Shown: positions 1-12,690 of the stretch, piece after piece
How positions within the stretch are numbered: the stretch's first letter is position 1
How the letters are laid out: each line of letters starts with the position of its first letter
Notes under the pieces: generated by a model
Seen by the model: the letters and a program-made list of their open reading frames with translations, nothing else
Told to the model about the DNA's origin: nothing
Databases searched by the model: none
Program-made: the position numbers and the translations under genes
DNA from: Carcharhinus longimanus
Lineage: Eukaryota
Assembly: GCA_030264375.1 (NCBI GenBank)
Contig: JASCQW010000150.1
Location: 22,019,192 to 22,083,191 of the forward strand
Direction of reading: 5' to 3'
Length of the DNA stretch: 64,000 nt

Positions 1-173
1 CATGGCCAATCAACCTAACCTGCACATCTTTGGACTGTGGGAGGAAACTGGAGCACCCAGAGGAAACCCATGCAGACCCGAGGAGAATGTGCAAACTCCA
101 CACAGTGACCCAAGCTGGAATCGAACCCAGGTCCTTGGAGCTGTGAAGCAACAGTGCTAACCACTGTGCTGCC
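1..173 (-). mobile_element. HE1-like tRNA-derived SINE (5' part)
   Basis: Reverse strand reads ggcagcacagtggttagcactg...gggttcgattcc (A/B-box-like), then gtggagtttgcacattctcc...cctcccacagtccaaagatgtgcaggttagg; homologous copies at 17801, 21763, 32181 and 61772. Confidence 0.85.
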
Positions 174-691
174 CAAATAATCATTCCACAGGGTGGAAAA
201 AGCTTTCTCTCTCTCTGCTATCGGCTTGGAAATTTGGATCAAATTGAACATTATCAGGTGGGAACTGACAAAAATGAAGAAAGTTGGGGTTGAGCATTTG
301 GAACTTTATCTCTAATTTAGAGTCTGCCATCAGTGAAGTTCTGCTGACTGACTTTTTCTAAAATACCCTGGGTGGGGTTTTCTGACTGTTCCCACTGGTG
401 AGATCTTCAGTCCCACCAATGGCAGTCCCTTGTTATGGGTTCCCTGACAGCAGAGGGTATAAACCAATGGGGAAACCCCATTTGACAGTAGCGAGATTGG
501 AAGATTTACACCAGAGGCCAGTGCTGGATGGCCTCCACTGCCATAATGACATCTTACCTCACCAACCACCACCACCAGCAACCCCCCCCACCCCACCCTC
601 TGTGTTGGTAAAGTGGTTAAGAGTTGTGTGCAGTAGTTTTAAGCATAAAGATAATTTTTTAGAACTGTCTGTTTGTCATCTGTGCTTGCAG

Positions 692-983
692 TGTCTGGAA
701 TGCTGGAAAATGACACCCTTCAGAGTATTTTGAGTATGACGGCAAAATCAGCCGGCTATAGAAAGAAAACAGGAGGTCTTTCTGGAGAAAATACTGCGCA
801 CACACTGAATTCCATCATTCAACAATTAAACTACTTCCATGATGTCCTCTCCAAACATGGTTTGCATCCTGAAATAATTAAACAAGTCTACCGGCAGATT
901 TATTACATAATTGCAGCAGTCACATTGAACAACTTGCTTCTAAGGAGGGATGTGTGTTCCTTTAGCAATGGAGTCCAAATCAG
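692..983 (+). CDS. Class V myosin (MYO5-like) globular tail, internal exon A
   Basis: Flanked by tgcag| and AG|gtaaaa. Translates (V)SGMLENDTLQSILSMTAKSAGYRKKTGG...IIAAVTLNNLLLRRDVCSFSNGVQI(R), matching the myosin V DIL-domain motif TLNNLLLRKDxCSxxxGxQIR. Confidence 0.93.
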
Positions 984-1388
984 GTAAAAGTCTCATGATT
1001 ATTGTTAGAATTTTGTAAAATCTTCTGTTGGCAGCAAATGCAAAAAGAAGTTATTGAACATTGTTCATTTGCCCTTTTACAGCAATGAAGGCTGTTTGCA
1101 CTGCATGTCTCATGAGCTGTCCAATGAGAGGCAATTAACTTAATTTGGAATAACACAAGTTTAGCTCTTTAAATTGGCATCAGTGTGTTTTATCCATGTA
1201 TTAGCATAATCAGCATAATATGCCATGAGGTTGATGTGCAACTCAAAGTGCTTTTCTTAGTGTTCTAGGTCTTCAGAGTGGGGGCGGGNNNNNNNNNNNN
1301 NNNNNNNNNNNNNNNNNNNNNNNNNNNNNNNNNNNNNNNNNNNNNNNNNNNNNNNNNNNNNNNNNNNNNNNNNNNNNNNNNNNNNNNN

Positions 1389-1580
1389 ACACAGGGTGGG
1401 GTTCTGGAATGTACTGCCAAGTGAGTGGTTGAGGGAGGTACGTTAGTCACATTTAAGACGTGCCTTGATATGCATATGAACAAACAAGGAATAGAGGGGT
1501 TTAAGCGGTCGGTTTAGATGGGTAAACATGATCGTCATAGGCTTGAAGGGCCTGTTCCTGTGCTACACTGTTCTTTGAGC
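1389..1580 (+). mobile_element. CR1 LINE 3' end fragment
   Basis: cagggtggg..ctggaatgtactgcca..gtggttgagg..catttaaga..cttgat..gggcctgttcctgtgctacactgttc is the typical CR1 ORF2 end plus 3' UTR. Confidence 0.7.
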
Positions 1581-4231
1581 CAAATATACTGCAGCTGCTG
1601 TATTTCTTTCAATAATGTGAATCAGGTGTACAGTGCATGCAGAGACGTGGTATTTTAGCCAATATTCATGTGGAATAGTACAGTCTTGGTGCTGCATCAT
1701 GCAATCATTGAAGGGGAAATAGTGTGGATGTGAGATGTAATAACATCAAGTCCCTGGCTGCCGGCAGTGAAATGTATAAATGTCTTTATTAGCCCTTGGA
1801 AAGTGCAATAGATGAGGTGGGGGCGGGGCAGGGAATTAAAGATGTTTCTGGCTGGTCATAAAATAAGCAGACCTTAAATGATTATCTCTATCTATCCGTA
1901 AGCTATACGGAACCCATTCCACAGGAGCTAGTAGTTGAACACCAGCATAAAAACAGCAATGGTTTGCTAGAACGCTGAAAGCGTGAAAGGTAGACTTTTA
2001 TAATATAGAAGATCCAGCCATTTCTACACATACTTGAGTTGACCACGAAACATAATTGAAACAATTTGTTTTCAACTGCAGTATTGAATTTTAAAGTCCC
2101 ACTTATTTAACCTGAATAATTAAAATGGTAAGCAGTTGAATCGCCAGCATGGATGTCCTTTTCTGGGAGGGAAAATGGTTGGTTAACAATAATGTAACCT
2201 TACATTTAGTTGTAACCATCTTGAGTGTTAAATCAATGTTGTGAAAGGTTCATTTAACTTCCCAAAATTGGAACAACTTTTTGGAGTTCTGTTCCTGTTC
2301 CTGTTACTAAACTATCTCTAAAACAGCCAGCTAGTAATACTTTTGATCTGACCCCTTCTGTTAATTACTGAGATGACAGTCCAGTAAGCAGTTCTGTGAT
2401 CATCCTGTTGGCAATCTACACACAATGCCCACTGCTATTCATGAGTGGTATGGTTTAGGCCCAAAAATCCTTGCCAGAAATTTTGTTCGAACTGCTCAAA
2501 AATGTTTGGAAGCGCTTGCTAATTGTATAAATCCCCTTGGAAATTGCATTTAATAGCTAAAGAATGACATGTCAATGTTTACACTTTTACTGTAACTAAG
2601 CCTAAAAGCTATTGACTAAACACCATTTTTGTAAATAACTTGTACCTCAAACTACAGAGAAACATTACCTTTTTTATGCTTATTACAGTCCTCGAAAACA
2701 GTCCACGAAAACAGTCCACAGTGCTCCCAGCTTCCAATGCTATCCCATAATCCACTTTTACTGACTAACTTTTTAATGATCTCCTCCAGGAACTTCCCTC
2801 AGCTTCAAGAGTCTCTTGAATCCACCACCAGCAGTAAACATGTTCTACAACCCTCCATCCTAGTCAGTATTGGATAATCTTCTGATAGATGCAGGATGCA
2901 TTTCATTGACTAGAGACCATCTCCCCCCATACCCAACTGCTTCTCTATGCTGACCACAAACTCTACTATGTGGCAATCCTTCATTTGTAGGGAAGCTTGT
3001 AACCTGATCACAAAAATTGTTTCCTCTGCTCTCTTCCCCATGGCAATGTGAAAGACATTAGCATTTCAATTTGGATACAAGGCTAATTAGCTGTTCTTGA
3101 AATCCTTTCATCTCGGAGGTAAATTGACTTTTTGCAGCACAATTATTTGCAACCCAAGACCTTTCTGGGACTTTGAGTCTTTGCCTACTCATTCCAAACC
3201 CAGAGACTTCTGCTGTTGCCTTCCTTTGATCTCCAATAATCAAACAACCCAGGCTTACTGTTGGGCAGACTGCAGAACAGGTCCTGTGACTCACTTCATT
3301 TGTCTTAAATTTAAAGATACAATCCCAAAATATTATGTCATCATTGTTACAACATGCATTGATTTGTTGATGAGCAAACACCATTAAGTTGTGGAAATCT
3401 CTGCAGTGCTGAATGATCCTAAGTTTCCACCAAATATTTAAATCAAATATGAAATTCAATTTTAATCTGAAATAAGTTCAGAAATAACCTCCAGAAATGT
3501 CATATCTGTAGATGTAGGAGAAATTACCAAGTTATTTAATAATGTTGGATAGACTACAATGTGTTGACTTGTAATTAGAAGATTTCCGCAAAATTTAAGT
3601 GTACTGCAGATGATTTGAGAAAGACAGATCTGCTTGAATTAGTTGTAGAGTTGAAACTTGGGCTTGAGTATTAGTTTGCTTTGTAAATGGCAAGAGATTT
3701 ATTGGCCACGTTGAAACTACATTCCTTGGAAAGTGGAATCTATAGAGCTGCACAATCCTAAAGCTACATTTATGAATTAGCCAATGTGTTGAAATAGTGC
3801 GTTGAATTGTTTTCAATTCAGAGGAAGGAATGAATCTTTCTAATCTGTACTGCATTGGAGTTGTGCTGATACTGGTATTGTGACTGATTCTTAAGCATAG
3901 ATAAGCCTTGGACCTTGTCAGACCTCCATAATACACAATTTAAATCTAAATTCTGATCATTGATGTTAAGTGGCTTTATGAAATTAAGTTAAATTTCCAC
4001 AAGACTGTCAATTATGCCAATGTGCAATAGACTGATATTTGAATATATCTATGGTTGTTTTGATTATAGACCATGATATGATCTTCCTAACATTTTACAT
4101 GTGGCTATATGCTTATCTTGTCATAAAATTTGACAGCCTACTGAGAGGTCGATTCTTGGCCTTTGCTGTACAGGTCTTATTATTTAGACAATTCCAAATG
4201 TTTCAGCATTCTCCTCCTCTTCCTGATCCAG

Positions 4232-4406
4232 AAACAATGTCAGCCAGCTCTCTGAATGGCTAAGAGGCAAGAACCTACATCAGAGTGGTGCACTTGAGAC
4301 ATTGGAGCCACTGATACAAGCTACACAGCTCTTGCAATTGAATAAGACAACTGAAGCAGATGCAGAGGCAATCTGCTCTATGTGCACAGCACTCTCAAAG
4401 ACACAG
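4232..4406 (+). CDS. MYO5-like globular tail, internal exon B
   Basis: Flanked by atccag| and CAG|gtgcat; phase matches exon A (AG+A=Arg). Translates [58 protein letters not shown]. Confidence 0.93.
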
Positions 4407-5954
4407 GTGCATTTCTATTTACCAACATATTTTGAGCATGCATACTGTAGTTATCTAAAAATGTTAGTTCAGTTGTAGTTTTAAAAGTACTAGGATTATG
4501 GAGGAATAGGTTTTGCAGAAATGTATTTTAAGGAGAGAGCAAAAATACTATTGAAATGATGGTTACTGAGTGCAATATAGTTGGGTAACACGTTCACAGG
4601 CAATATAGAAAGTATACTGTAGCTATTAATAGGATACAGCAGTTGCAACCAGAATTAAGCTGATGAAAGAAATGAATTATGAAGGGCAATTGCGTAAATT
4701 GGGTAGTTACTCACTAGAATAAGAATGTTATTCTAAATGATTGCAATAATAAACTGATCTGGAAGAGCTGTGTTGCCAGATCCAGAATAATTGCATCAGA
4801 GGGGACAGCCAGCACCCAAGGAGGTGTAATATTCAAAGTTAACATGTGAAAACATTATTTATATGCGCAGGTGGTGAGTCTATAAAACAACCTCCTTGAA
4901 GACAATGGACCCAGATTATATCGATTCCTTCAAATGTGAATTGGATCTCAATTTTCTTGGTGTACAGAATAATTTGAAGCAAGTTACTACAACATGAGGG
5001 GAACAGATAACTTTGGACCAACAGTTTCAAAGAATTCCACTATGGGTTTTTATTTTTGTCTAATTTTCTAGACAAATTGGTAATTGCCTTGTTTAATGGG
5101 CAACTTTTTTATTGTGCACTGCTGGACTGCCAACTGGCAAGAGGTGAACGAGAGGGAACTCCATGTTATTTTGCATGAGAATCAGGAAGATGATCGCATA
5201 ATGGAGTGACAGAAAAACATGGAAATGGTCCTTTCTGAGGATTTAATGGCTTCCAGCTGTTTACAGAGAAATAACTTCCTCCCCTTCCCTCCCGCATATA
5301 ATGCGGACTTGAGCATGTGCAACAGCCGCCTGCCACCGCCCCCCCCCCCACCTCTCCCCACCTTGCTGCTGGGAAAAGTCAGCATCACTTTTTAAAAATG
5401 TTCCCATTCACCTAGAGTTCTGGTATCCCAATGAGCAAGTTTTATTTTCCCCAGGTTGTGCTGGCTATGGAGATGGTTGAGTAGATGGCAGGCTTAGTCT
5501 GCTAAATTTCAAACACTAGCATTGTTATTTGATAGCTCACTGATGGAACAAGTTCCATCCCAAATCTCCTTGTTATAGAAGCTAAATGTCAAATTCATCT
5601 TGAGAAAAGGCCAGAGAACAACTAGTTGTGGATCTATACACTATAAGATTTGTGATATTTGCATCACGGGTGGTTGCTGGTTATCCTTGTTTACTTACCC
5701 ACTTGTGGCGGCTACTGCCTCATAGTGGGATCCCTCCTATGGGAGATAGTTTTAAATTTATAAAGTTGAGTAAAAATCTGATCAGATGCTTCAAAAATTT
5801 AACTTTCCGTGGTGTATTAGATGGAATTAAGTCCATTTGATTTTTTAAAATCTTGCTACATCTGTTCCCTTCTTGCAATTGTTACTTGGAAATTAGAATG
5901 TCATCCTGACAATTTCTTTTCTACTTACTGCTTTTACCTTTTGTTATGTAACAG

Positions 5955-6035
5955 ATTGTGAAAATACTGACTTTGTATACACCTATTAATGAATTTGAAG
6001 AACGTGTGACTGTTGCTTTTATAAAGAATATTCAG
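5955..6035 (+). CDS. MYO5-like globular tail, internal exon C
   Basis: 81-nt phase-0 exon, taacag| to CAG|gtatct. Translates [27 protein letters not shown], closest to recalled MYO5[28 protein letters not shown]. Confidence 0.95.
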
Positions 6036-6466
6036 GTATCTATTTTCAGTTATAGTAGCTGAAACAAGGCATGTTCAGTAATTACACCTAAATTTTAATT
6101 TTTCACATGTTTAGCCATGTAACAGTACTTTGCATGATCTTTTTTGTTATAGTTAAAGACTGATTTGGAAGCATGAAGTGGGTAGCTTTCTTGTGCATGA
6201 TTCTTTCCTTCTCCACTGTTCCATAAAGCAAGTACATGTACAATTGAAAATAATCTGATCTTTTTGTAGGAATAACAGAATTCCTTGGGTTTTTGAGCAT
6301 CTAATTTTTTATTTTTGTACTTTCTTGTAACTTATGATACTATAATACTGTAATTTGCATAACTTGGGTGTAAATGCCCTCTAAAATATTATCAGTTTTA
6401 ACTCTTCAGTGGGATAACTTGCCCTTTATTATACCATGAGTTTATGAATTTTGGCGGTATATCCCT

Positions 6467-7212
6467 GGGGTGAAATCTTGCCTTAAAACGGCAGTGAGTC
6501 TGGCAAGAAAATCGGCATTTTTCTCGAGAGAGACCAATCTATTTTGTCTCCAATCTTACTACATTTTTACCCAACAAAATTCAAGGGGGGAGGACTGAAA
6601 TGCACCAGCAAAATCCGGCTACACAGCGATCGGGAAGCCCTTTTTTACAGGGCACTGCAATCTGAGCAGCAATAACCCCCCCCACCCCCAGATCAGGGCC
6701 ACTATCCACTCCAATGTTGTCCCCCCCTAAAATTGACCATTGCTGGCATCCCCTGCTCACCTGTCTATTTCAGCTCACGACCACTTCTGCATGAGTCTTG
6801 TGCCCAACCCCCACCCCATGAGGCTCCCACTAGGTTCTGCCTCTTAGTACAGGATGGCACTACTACCCTCTGTAAAGGGACAATGCTGAGGGCATTGCCA
6901 GGGTACTGCCAAGCCATGTTCCTCCTCCCTTGGAGGCTATACTTGGTGGGGCTCCCCCATGAGAAGTTTGTGAATCTGTTGAAAAACTGTGCTGACTTGA
7001 TTTGCAAATATGGCAAGGGGTTATGTTACAGGGTGGCAGAGTGGTATTTTAATTGTATTAAAATACATGTAAATCAAGTTCACACCGTTTTATAGGTGTA
7101 AACCTGATGACATCGCTGGTGAGAGTGCAGGGAAGACCTGAAGCCACATTCTTACCAGCGAGTACCCTACCAGTATTTGCATGGATGGTGAAAGTGGGTT
7201 CAAGTTTGCCCC
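6467..7212. mobile_element. Non-autonomous DNA transposon / MITE-like GC-rich element
   Basis: Begins ggggtgaaatcttg and ends caagtttgcccc (imperfect terminal inverted repeats). C-rich interior resembles elements at 31237, 32380, 36616 and 49006. Confidence 0.55.
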
Positions 7213-7556
7213 CATTTTTGAGAGAATTAATGAACAAAGAATTGTGGATTGCTCATCCTTTAATTACAGTGGCCTTTTAAATGAAGGCACACTTTATATC
7301 ACAGTTTCATTCAATCTCCTCCCTGGGTCCAGATCCCAGATGGGAAAACGTATCATTTCAATAGTGCCATGTAAATTTATTTTCCTTTTGCATCATTCCA
7401 CCACCCCCCCTCCCCCGCAATCGCGCAAGCCCTGGCCAACTGCAGGACTTAAATGTTTCTTAGTCACTTAGTGCAATATTCAATGCTATTAGATTGAAAC
7501 ACTGAAAATTGCTGAGATTACCTTGCTGTTGTTACAGTTGTTTGTTTGACTTTGTA

Positions 7557-7722
7557 ATCATAGAATCCCTGCTCTACAGAAGGAGGCCATTTGGCTCATC
7601 AAGTCTGTACTGACTGCAATCCCACCCAGTCCTGTTCCCCATAACCCTCATTTACCCTCCTAATCCCCCTGATATCGTCAATTAGCATGGCCAATCAACT
7701 TAACCCGCACATCTTTGGACTG
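7557..7722 (-). mobile_element. HE1-like SINE 3' fragment
   Basis: catagaatccct..agaaggaggccatt..agcatggccaatcaacttaacccgcacatctttggactg matches the other SINE copies. Confidence 0.75.
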
Positions 7723-7895
7723 ATCTTTTTGATGAAACGTGTTCCCATAATTTCTGCAATTGGATTGCCTTGCTGTGGAATGCAGTGTAGATCTGAACCT
7801 TATTACATTTGAAATGTATTAGCCTTTCACTGCAAAACTAACCTATTATCACAGCTAAGGACGTAACTAGTTATACTGAATGTTTTGTCTTATAG

Positions 7896-8048
7896 AATCG
7901 ATTGGCAGGTAGAAGTCCAAGTCGTCAACTGCTAATGGAGTTAAAGCATGTGTTTGCTGTAAATTTTCCCATCATTCCTTCTCCTGTGAACCTGGACAAA
8001 ATCAAAATCCCTGAAATCTTGGAGCTGGACTTTCTAAATAGATTCTGA
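7896..8048 (+). CDS. MYO5-like terminal coding exon
   Basis: ttatag| acceptor. Translates NRLAGRSPSRQLLMELKHVFAVNFPIIPSPVNLDKIKIPEILELDFLNRF* (TGA 8046-8048), the same 50-aa length as the vertebrate MYO5 last exon. Confidence 0.92.
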   Translation, partial: NRLAGRSPSRQLLMELKHVFAVNFPIIPSPVNLDKIKIPEILELDFLNRF

Positions 8049-11000
8049 ACATATATATTAAGTTGGGACATCTGGAGTGGATTTATGACTTGTAAGGTTT
8101 TCGTTAATAGCTGCAGAGTATTGCAGAAGTAGCAGCTTGTTGCAAGTGACTACAATTACACTTGTGCGGTTGAATAGCAGCACCCTCTTAACGCTCTTAA
8201 GTTCACTTTGTGGGGTTATTGGTGGGGGGGGGGGAAGCAGCTTTTCTTACAAGCACTTATTTGCAGTTTGTTTGAAGATAACAGTGTAGTTCAGACATGA
8301 TGGGTGGCATTTTTTAGAAACATAAAAGAGCCTTTTGGTGGATTCAAGCCCAAAACCTAGGGGTAAAAGAGTTTGTGAAGGTCTAAGGACAGATGGAATT
8401 TTAGCTAAGGGTAATTGATTAAGGCTCACTGAAATTGTTTGTAGTTTGAGTACTTTGATTTGTTCACGTGCACCAAATTAATCTCTGCTGAGATGTTCGG
8501 TTTAGTTGTGATTCAAAGCTGAAGTGGTGTCGAGGCTTTTGAGCAGTTAACCTAACCACAGTGCAATTAATATGGTGCTTTTTCATGACATTTTTNNNNN
8601 NNNNNCAATAAAAGGACATACTTGTCAACTTTGTCTGTGTTTTGTTTCCAGTGAGTGACATTTTTCCTCCACCTGAGGAGTTGGGCATTCAATATTTAAG
8701 TCGTATGCCACTGATTTATGTTGCTGAGAGGAAAGTTTAAAATCACCTGAACCATTTCACTGATTTTAAGAACCCTATCCACCTTCCCAATGCTTAACGT
8801 AACATTGCTTCCTTTTGGTGGCCTGTCTCATAAGGACAACACAACTGAATAAAGCAAATATGAGATTGACATGGTTCTGTCTCGAGTATGTGCTTAAAAT
8901 GATTTGTTCTTGGATTATTTATAATAAAATGAACTTTTAAATAGGTAAGTGTATTTTTGTGATATTGGCCAGCAGATCAGTATGAAATGTACATTTAATG
9001 TGTATGTATAAATAGACTAATACTTTCAAAGTGACAATCTGAGGTTCCAGTCCAACATTTACATTTTTCTGCAATGCATATTAAAGAACTGTATTCTATA
9101 ATTGAAACCAATTGATTTTATAGAATTATTTCAATGTACTTCCATGTAGCTCTGCTGTAATATATTAATGTACTTTTTCTTGTCAGATTGTATGTTCATC
9201 CTTTTAAGTGTTCTTTAAATGAATTAATCTCCAATAAAATATTACTAAATATTATTAGTATCAGCAGTGGAGAAAATTACAGCTACACCATTGCTTTGGC
9301 CTAGGAAGGTCATGTTGATGACCAAAGTTATTTAAGATCTTAACACGAACAATATATCTCATAATATTCAACTGTGTGCTTTTTATTGCAGTTTGACACT
9401 ATTTTTATCTTTGTAACTTGATAATATTTTATGATGCAATCTATTTGAATGCACATTAAGGAAGTCTAGTAATACAAAAATTGTTGTTTTATTTAGACTT
9501 TGACACTTTAAAGCTGCCGTAACTTTATCATCACTTTGCTGCAGTGTTTAGCCCTGCACTCCATTGGTACCAAAATACAGTAATAGGTGAAGGTTTGCAC
9601 TTTTGAATCTTCAGAATGTAGAGTTCCTGATCTTGGTTTTTGCTAAAGGAAAAAGTGGCATGTGAATGCTATAAACTCCTAAGAAATCTAATTTTAAATG
9701 TCATTGGTCATGTAGGTCCATATTATTGCTCTCTGAAGACCGTTGCTGTAATTTGGATTTAATATTTTGTATTTGTACAGCTGGATTGAATATAGGTTTT
9801 TATTGCTGCCTGTTGAGGGAATTCTGTAATAGGTTGTTTGCATGTGGAAATGTTCTTGTTTAAGGAAGTAGGACTGACAACTATATGAAGTCAATGTATT
9901 AAACCTAGATTAATATCTACACAATATCTTGGTGTGTTTGAAATTGGAACTGAGACTGGAGATCAAACTAGTCATTGTGAGATATCAGATTTTGAGTNNN
10001 NNNNNNNNNNNNNNNNNNNNNNNNNNNNNNNNNNNNNNNNNNNNNNNNNNNNNNNNNNNNNNNNNNNNNNNNNNNNNNNNNNNNNNNNNNNNNNNNNTAA
10101 CATGTTCTCTAATTTTAGCTATAAATGAAAATCTTTGAAATTGATCCTAATCCAGGCTACCAAATGATAAAATTTTGGGAAAACAATGTTGGATGAAGAA
10201 GGAACTAACTGTTCTAGCACTACTATTCTTCTCTTCTCTTTGGGTTTTGGGGTGAGCACGGTTGGAAACTCCTGTCCTTGGTATCACCTCTTCCTAGCTG
10301 ACTTAAGTGTCTATGTAATACTAGGGTACTTTGTTCCTTGATTGGAGTGAAGTTGTAATTTATAGGATCACTGAACCCATTGTTTGTAAACAAAGTGATT
10401 AAATGACAGAATGAACAAGAATTTCTGGCTATAATTATTTTTTTAATTCTGTGTCTGTTTTATGTTAAAATATCTTTCTTTGCAAAGAGAAGCATTAGGG
10501 TTGTCCATTAATCAAACTATTGTGTAGTCTCTTTCTATAAAGATGGGGCTTTCAGTAAACCAGGCTTATCTTGTATTCTTAAGTAAGCTAATTTGTTCAT
10601 TACCTAGAATTTGCTTTTCTAATGCCTTTTCTAATCTTCTGGTATATTCAGTCTTTAAAATTGATCTTTAATGCTGACTATTTGCCAGAGAAACATTTTT
10701 CCATTCCAGTATGCAGTTTTAAATGGTATGAGGTGTAGTACCAGTTACTCTTCCATCATGTTGCTTAATATTCTCACCTTGTATTGCTATGCGTATGCAT
10801 GCTTTGATCTCTGGCTCCCTGTTGGTTTTTTCATTCATTATTATCAGTGATTGCATTCCTCAAGTCAACTTTTTTGTCCTACTAAACTTCTGAACAAAAG
10901 AAAAGGATTACTTGGCTGCCTCCCATTTCTGTTGCCAATGACCTTTTTAAGCATTCTAAGCTGTATTGCTTTGTCAGTAACTTGGAATAATTGAGTTACC

Positions 11001-12516
11001 AATTTTAACAACAGTCAACAAGAACTTGCATTTATATTGTCTTTTAATGCAGTAAAATTTCTCAAGGTGCTTAGTTATGTTTTGAAAATTGGCCAGTTAT
11101 TGGAAAAGAAAACATATAAATTGAGCTTTCAGTGCCATTAGCTCAGCCTGTAATTTTATAAGATGAATCATGCATTACCTAAAATTTTGAAGCCATCAGC
11201 ATGATATTTTAGAATTTGTAAATCTTTTGTGGTAGAGAATAAATTCAGACTTAATTTATTATATAATGAATACAGTAAATTTGTGTATAGCTATCCTTGT
11301 CATGTGTGAAGTTGGTTATTGGTAGTTGAAGTCTAGCTTACACCAGTTAAAACACCAATCATAGCAAGTGGTTGAAAGCTAGGTGTGAAAGACAAGTTGG
11401 TTAGCCTTTCGTTTTGGTTTTTAAACATTCAACCTGACGAGTGCGATTTTCAAACATTTCCCACTGTCCTTCAGCTAAATAGCTGTCAATGATTTTTTTA
11501 ATGCTTAGATTCTGACCTCTGGTGCTTTTCCCCTCTGATCTGTCCAGAACTACATCCCTCCCTTTTAAGCACCATTTTCTTCTTAATATATTCATTTTGC
11601 CCAACAATGGGCAACTACCTTATTTGCTGCTATTATATACTATAGTTAACACTTTACACACACCTTCATTAAAAAAATTGCACCTTGCACTTTTGTGAAA
11701 ATTTAATTATTCACGTTAACCTTGTAATCATGCTTTTAATTTCTATTGCTGCTTCTGTTTCCTAAGTTAATTGATCCTGTATCTTTAATATTAGCTTGAG
11801 GGACAAAATATTTTCCAGAATATTGCCAGAGTTAATACCATATGTGCATATGAGCCTAATTTGACTGTATAGATTAACACAACTGCTTTTGGCAGTAATG
11901 CTAACTTCGCCAATGTTGGAATTATCTTTATTGTTTTTTGAGACTGTTATGCACACATCCAAAATGTAAATTATTTTTCTCCAAATGTTGCCAGACCTAC
12001 TGAGTATTTCCAGCATTTTTTACATTTCTATAGTGCCTTTCTTGACGAGGTTCCAAACTGCTTCAGGACCAGTACAATAGTGACAAAAACAGAACTGGGC
12101 CATTTCAGCCTTGAGTCTGTTCCACCATTTAATTATAGTATGGCTAATCTGTACCTCATTCCATTTATGCATGTTTAATAGGTTTTAAGGGATATCGAGC
12201 AATCAAACAACCTATCGTTAGGAGTCCCCTTTAAATAATTTGGTTGATTTTTGCTTTGCTCACTTTTATTTTTGTCACATCTTTCTCTCTTCCCCACCCC
12301 CCCCCCCCCCCCCNNNNNNNNNNNNNNNNNNNNNNNNNNNNNNNNNNNNNNNNNNNNNNNNNNNNNNNNNNNNNNNNNNNNNNNNNNNNNNNNNNNNNNN
12401 NNNNNNNNNNNNNNNNNNNNNNNNNNNNNNNNNNNNNNNNNNNNNNNNNNNNNNNNNNNNNNNNNNNNNNNNNNNNNNNNNNNNNNNNNNNNNNNNNNNN
12501 NNNNNNNNNNNNNNNN

Positions 12517-12690
12517 CGCAACATCGTGGGCCGAAGGGCCTGTTCTGCGCTGTAATGTTCTATGTTCTATGAATAGAGGAATATGGTCCCCAGAAGCGTA
12601 GGGCATTTTAGTTCAGTTGAGCAGCATGGTGGGTGGAGGCTTGGAGAGCCAAAGGGCCTGTTCCTGTGCTGTAATGTTCTTTGTTCAAAG
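12517..12690 (+). mobile_element. Two tandem CR1-type 3' tails
   Basis: gggccgaagggcctgttctgcgctgtaatgttctatgttctatg, followed by a second gccaaagggcctgttcctgtgctgtaatgttctttgttc. Confidence 0.7.

Noticed and set aside
3058-3459. 133-aa and 96-aa overlapping ORFs in a MYO5 intron
   Set aside because: No recognisable domain, non-ATG starts and no convincing splice signals; probably decayed repeat sequence.
692-8048. Assigning the symbol MYO5B, or calling the myosin a pseudogene
   Set aside because: The sequence mixes features of all three paralogues and the synteny does not fit MYO5B. All four exons have intact frames and GT-AG sites, so there is no sign of pseudogenisation.
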